Assembly: GCF_902713615.1 (NCBI RefSeq)
Contig: NC_052164.1
Location: forward strand, 86,341,830-86,405,829
Length of the DNA stretch: 64,000 bases
DNA from: Scyliorhinus canicula
Lineage: Eukaryota
Direction of reading: 5' to 3'
Shown here: piece after piece, positions 61,300 to 64,000 of the stretch
How the letters are laid out: the number at the start of each line of letters is the position of its first letter
Position numbering within the stretch: the first letter of the stretch is position 1
Translations under genes and position numbers: made by a program
Notes under the pieces: model-generated
The model's input: only the letters and a program-made list of their open reading frames with translations
Databases searched by the model: none
What the model was told of the DNA's origin: nothing

Positions 61300-62400
61300 A
61301 CATTATGTGTAATCAGCACTTGAGTCGTCCTCTGTGGCTTGCTGAGCAAGGTTGCTGTCTCCATCATTCATTGGGACTCCCCTTTGACAGAACCAGATTG
61401 TGCAGTGCGCAGCATACAACAGCAATCAGGGAAATGCGTTCAGGAGAATATTGCAGTGATCCCCCTGACCGTTCCAGGTAGTGAAACCTCGGGCGCGATT
61501 CTCCGACCCCCACGCTGGGTGGGAGAATCGCGGGAGTGCCGGACGATTCCCGCCACACCGCCCTGGCACCCGCACACGATTCTCCCAACCCCCCCAAAAC
61601 GGCGTGTCACGGTTTGCGACAGGCCGCTCGGAGAATCGGCGCTCGACTGGAGCGGCGATTCTCCGGCCCGAATGGGCCGAGCGACCTGCCTAATACGACC
61701 GGTTCACGCCGGCGCCAACAACACCTGGTTGCTGCTGGCGTGAAGAGTGCGCGACCGCTGCGTGTGGGGCCTGTGGGGGAGGGGAGGGAGGACCGAGCAC
61801 CAGGGGGGTGCTCAGGAGGGGTCTGGCCCGCGATCGGTGCCCACCGATTGTCGGGCCGGCATCTCTGAAAGACGCAGTCTTTTCCCTCCGCCGCCCTGCA
61901 AGATCAATCCTCCATGTCTTGCGGGGCAGCGGAGGGGAGGACGGCAACCGCGCATGCGCAGGCGACGTCATTTAGGTGGCACCGGCCGCGTCATTCAGGC
62001 TTCTAGCCCCCTGGGGGTGGGAGAATATGGGGCGAGGACCGGCCTCCGATGCCGGAGTGAAACACTCCGGTTTTCACTCCGGCGTCGGCACTTTGTCTCC
62101 CTTTGGGAGAATCGCGCCCCTCATCTCGATTAGGCCAATGGTCCTCACATTTACTGCACTTGTGGAGGCATGACTGTGATTGTATCTCTCAACAGCTGCT
62201 TTTTCTTGGGTGTCTTAGTGGCGACATCAGCCATCTTTTCGGTGAGCAGCCTTTTTTCCCTAAGAGCCGATCATCCAAACGAGCTGGAGTCACAACGAGC
62301 CTTGGCACCTGGGAGTGAAGCAGGGTGTGTAAGCATTGTGACAGCTTCCTGAAGACCTGGCACAAACCTGCAGTGTCTGAATCTTGTGGCCACACATAAT
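61300..62400 (-). pseudogene. Harbinger transposase remnant split by a MITE
   Basis: RFHYLERSGGSLQYSPERISLIAVVCCALHNL. Confidence 0.8.
61491..62119. mobile_element. Harbinger-type MITE (629 bp)
   Basis: TIR GGGCGCGATTCTCC / GGAGAATCGCGCCC and 3-bp TSD CTC; same family as 18283-18928, in the opposite orientation. Confidence 0.92.
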
Positions 62401-62407
62401 CTGAATG

Positions 62408-62652
62408 GTAAGAAGGCTTACACACCAGGTTAAAATCCAACAGGTTTGTTTCGAATCACTAGCTTTCGGAGCACTGCTCCTTCCTCAGGTGAATGAAGAG
62501 GTGGGTTCCAGAAACATTTATATAGACAAAGTCAAAGATGCAATACGATACTTTGAATGCAAGTCTTTGCAGTTAATTAAGTGTACAGGTCCAGACGGAG
62601 CAACTGGAGAGCTCTGTTGTGCTCACCCCAGTCCAACGCCGGTGTCTCCACA
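62408..62652 (-). mobile_element. Penelope-like terminal (pLTR) fragment
   Basis: Same terminal sequence as 4053-4135; contains a hammerhead core. Confidence 0.65.
62456..62492 (-). ncRNA. Minimal type I hammerhead ribozyme motif
   Basis: The minus strand reads TCAC-CTGAGGA-A-GGAGC(AGT)GCTCC-GAA-AGCT-A-GTGA. Confidence 0.7.
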
Positions 62653-63384
62653 CCAATCTGAATGGGGAGGGAGTGGAAACCATTTCTATTGACAAAGGGA
62701 CTCGGGTGCCCCCCAGCTGTCGATTTTATGGGCATGTGCATGCAGTCAATGGCTCCCAGGATGTGGGGAAATCATGCAATTGCATTGACTCACTTAGCCT
62801 GGCTGATCACACTCATCCAGAAGTGAAAGAAGGTGCTATCCCTTTGAAACAATACATCAGTGAGCAGCTTGAAGCAACTGTGAGCAGCCGATTGGGATAC
62901 ACCACAGAGGCACTGCCAGAGGGACCGGGTGGCACTGCCCGGCGGCCAGGGTTCCAGGCCAGGAGTGCCAATGTGCCCAGGAGCCAGGTTGCCTGTGCCA
63001 AAGATCAGGCCCGGGGTTCCCTGTCGTTAAGAGGTGGAGTGAGGGAGGGGGGACTCGAAGACCCCCTGAGGTAAATTGGGGCAGTTTGGGCATCTCGAGG
63101 CCAAGGTTTCCGAGGAGAGGGGGGGGTGGGGGGGGGTCAAGAGATCGGAGCGGAATTTAGAAATGGCACCCCAATCTCTTACTGCACTGATGAGGTCAGC
63201 TCGTCAGTGCAGGAAGTGAAGTAAGTGGAGCCTTGGCAGGCATTCCCGACTGAGGCCAGAGAAAACAATAAGAGTCCCATTTGAAAGCGAGGTCGTTCAC
63301 CCTGCTGGAGACCCCGCTTTACGCGCCCAAAACAGGACTCTGTTTTTTGCATGTTATATCAGGTCCAGGGGTGCACAGGATCAC

Positions 63385-63712
63385 AGAACATAGAACATAG
63401 ATTTACAGTGCAGAAGCAGGCCATTCGGCCCATCGAGTCTGCACTGGCCCTTGGAAAGAGCACCCTACCAAGCCCCACACCACCCTATACCCGTAACCTC
63501 ACCTAACATTTTTAGACATGAAGGGCAATTTAGCATGGTCAATCCACCTAATCTGCAATTTTTGGACTATGGGAGGAAACCGGAGCACCCGGAGGAAACC
63601 CACACAGACACGGGGAGAACGTGCAGACTCCGCACAGACAGTGACCCAAGCCGGGAATTGAATCTTGGACCCTGGCACTGTGAATCAACCATGCTAACCA
63701 CTGTGCTACCGT
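63385..63712 (-). mobile_element. V-SINE-type SINE
   Basis: Reverse HE1-like tail, core and head. Confidence 0.85.
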
Positions 63713-63721
63713 TCTGCCCTA

Positions 63722-64000
63722 TCACAGGAACATAGGATTATAGGAACATCCTTCCTGCATCTATCCTGTTGAACCCTGTAAGAATTGTGTATGCTTCAAT
63801 TGGATCACCGCTCAGTCTCTTAAACGCTAAAGCATATAGGACCACTCTCCTCAATCTCTCCTTATGGGACAATAATGCCATCCCTTGGATTAATCTGGTG
63901 AACCTTCGATGCACTCCCTCATTGGCAAGTATATCCTTCCTCAGGCAAGGAGACCAAGACTGTCACAATACTCCACGTGTGATCTCACCAAGACTCTGCA
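63722..64000 (-). mobile_element. CR1 3' fragment, running off the window
   Basis: The reverse strand resembles PCLRKDILA..VHRRFTRLI. Confidence 0.75.

Overview
This is vertebrate genomic DNA, almost certainly from a cartilaginous fish (shark-like): it carries HE1/V-SINE-type SINEs and CR1/HER1-type LINEs. Most of the window is transposable-element derived. The only host genes I can support are two tandem, minus-strand, spliced CD225/dispanin (IFITM-like) genes. Gene A has coding exons 26311-26165 and 21435-21274 (102 aa); gene B has 46005-45877 and 42219-42049 (99 aa). The ORF track shows them only in pieces. Retroelements: an apparently intact CR1 LINE (~4568-8921), a near-complete but frameshifted Ty3/Gypsy element (35425-40020) inside a four-level nest, several solo LTRs with TSDs, L1 and Tx1 fragments, Penelope fragments (one with a minimal hammerhead ribozyme core) and many SINEs. 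DNA transposons: PIF/Harbinger transposase and Myb/SANT remnants, Harbinger-type MITEs, and a decayed CACTA/EnSpm transposase with a possible divergent BEN-domain partner gene. Most notable: (1) the CR1 ORF1/ORF2 junction has a correctly phased U_UUA_AAC -1 slippery site, and ORF2 has no AUG before its endonuclease motifs; (2) the IFITM-like pair lacks the GxxxG glycine and Cys105 equivalents, and gene B has a longer overlapping out-of-frame ORF; (3) a possible large CACTA element carrying a BEN-type gene. All calls are from manual reading; TE boundaries without a stated TSD or TIR are approximate.
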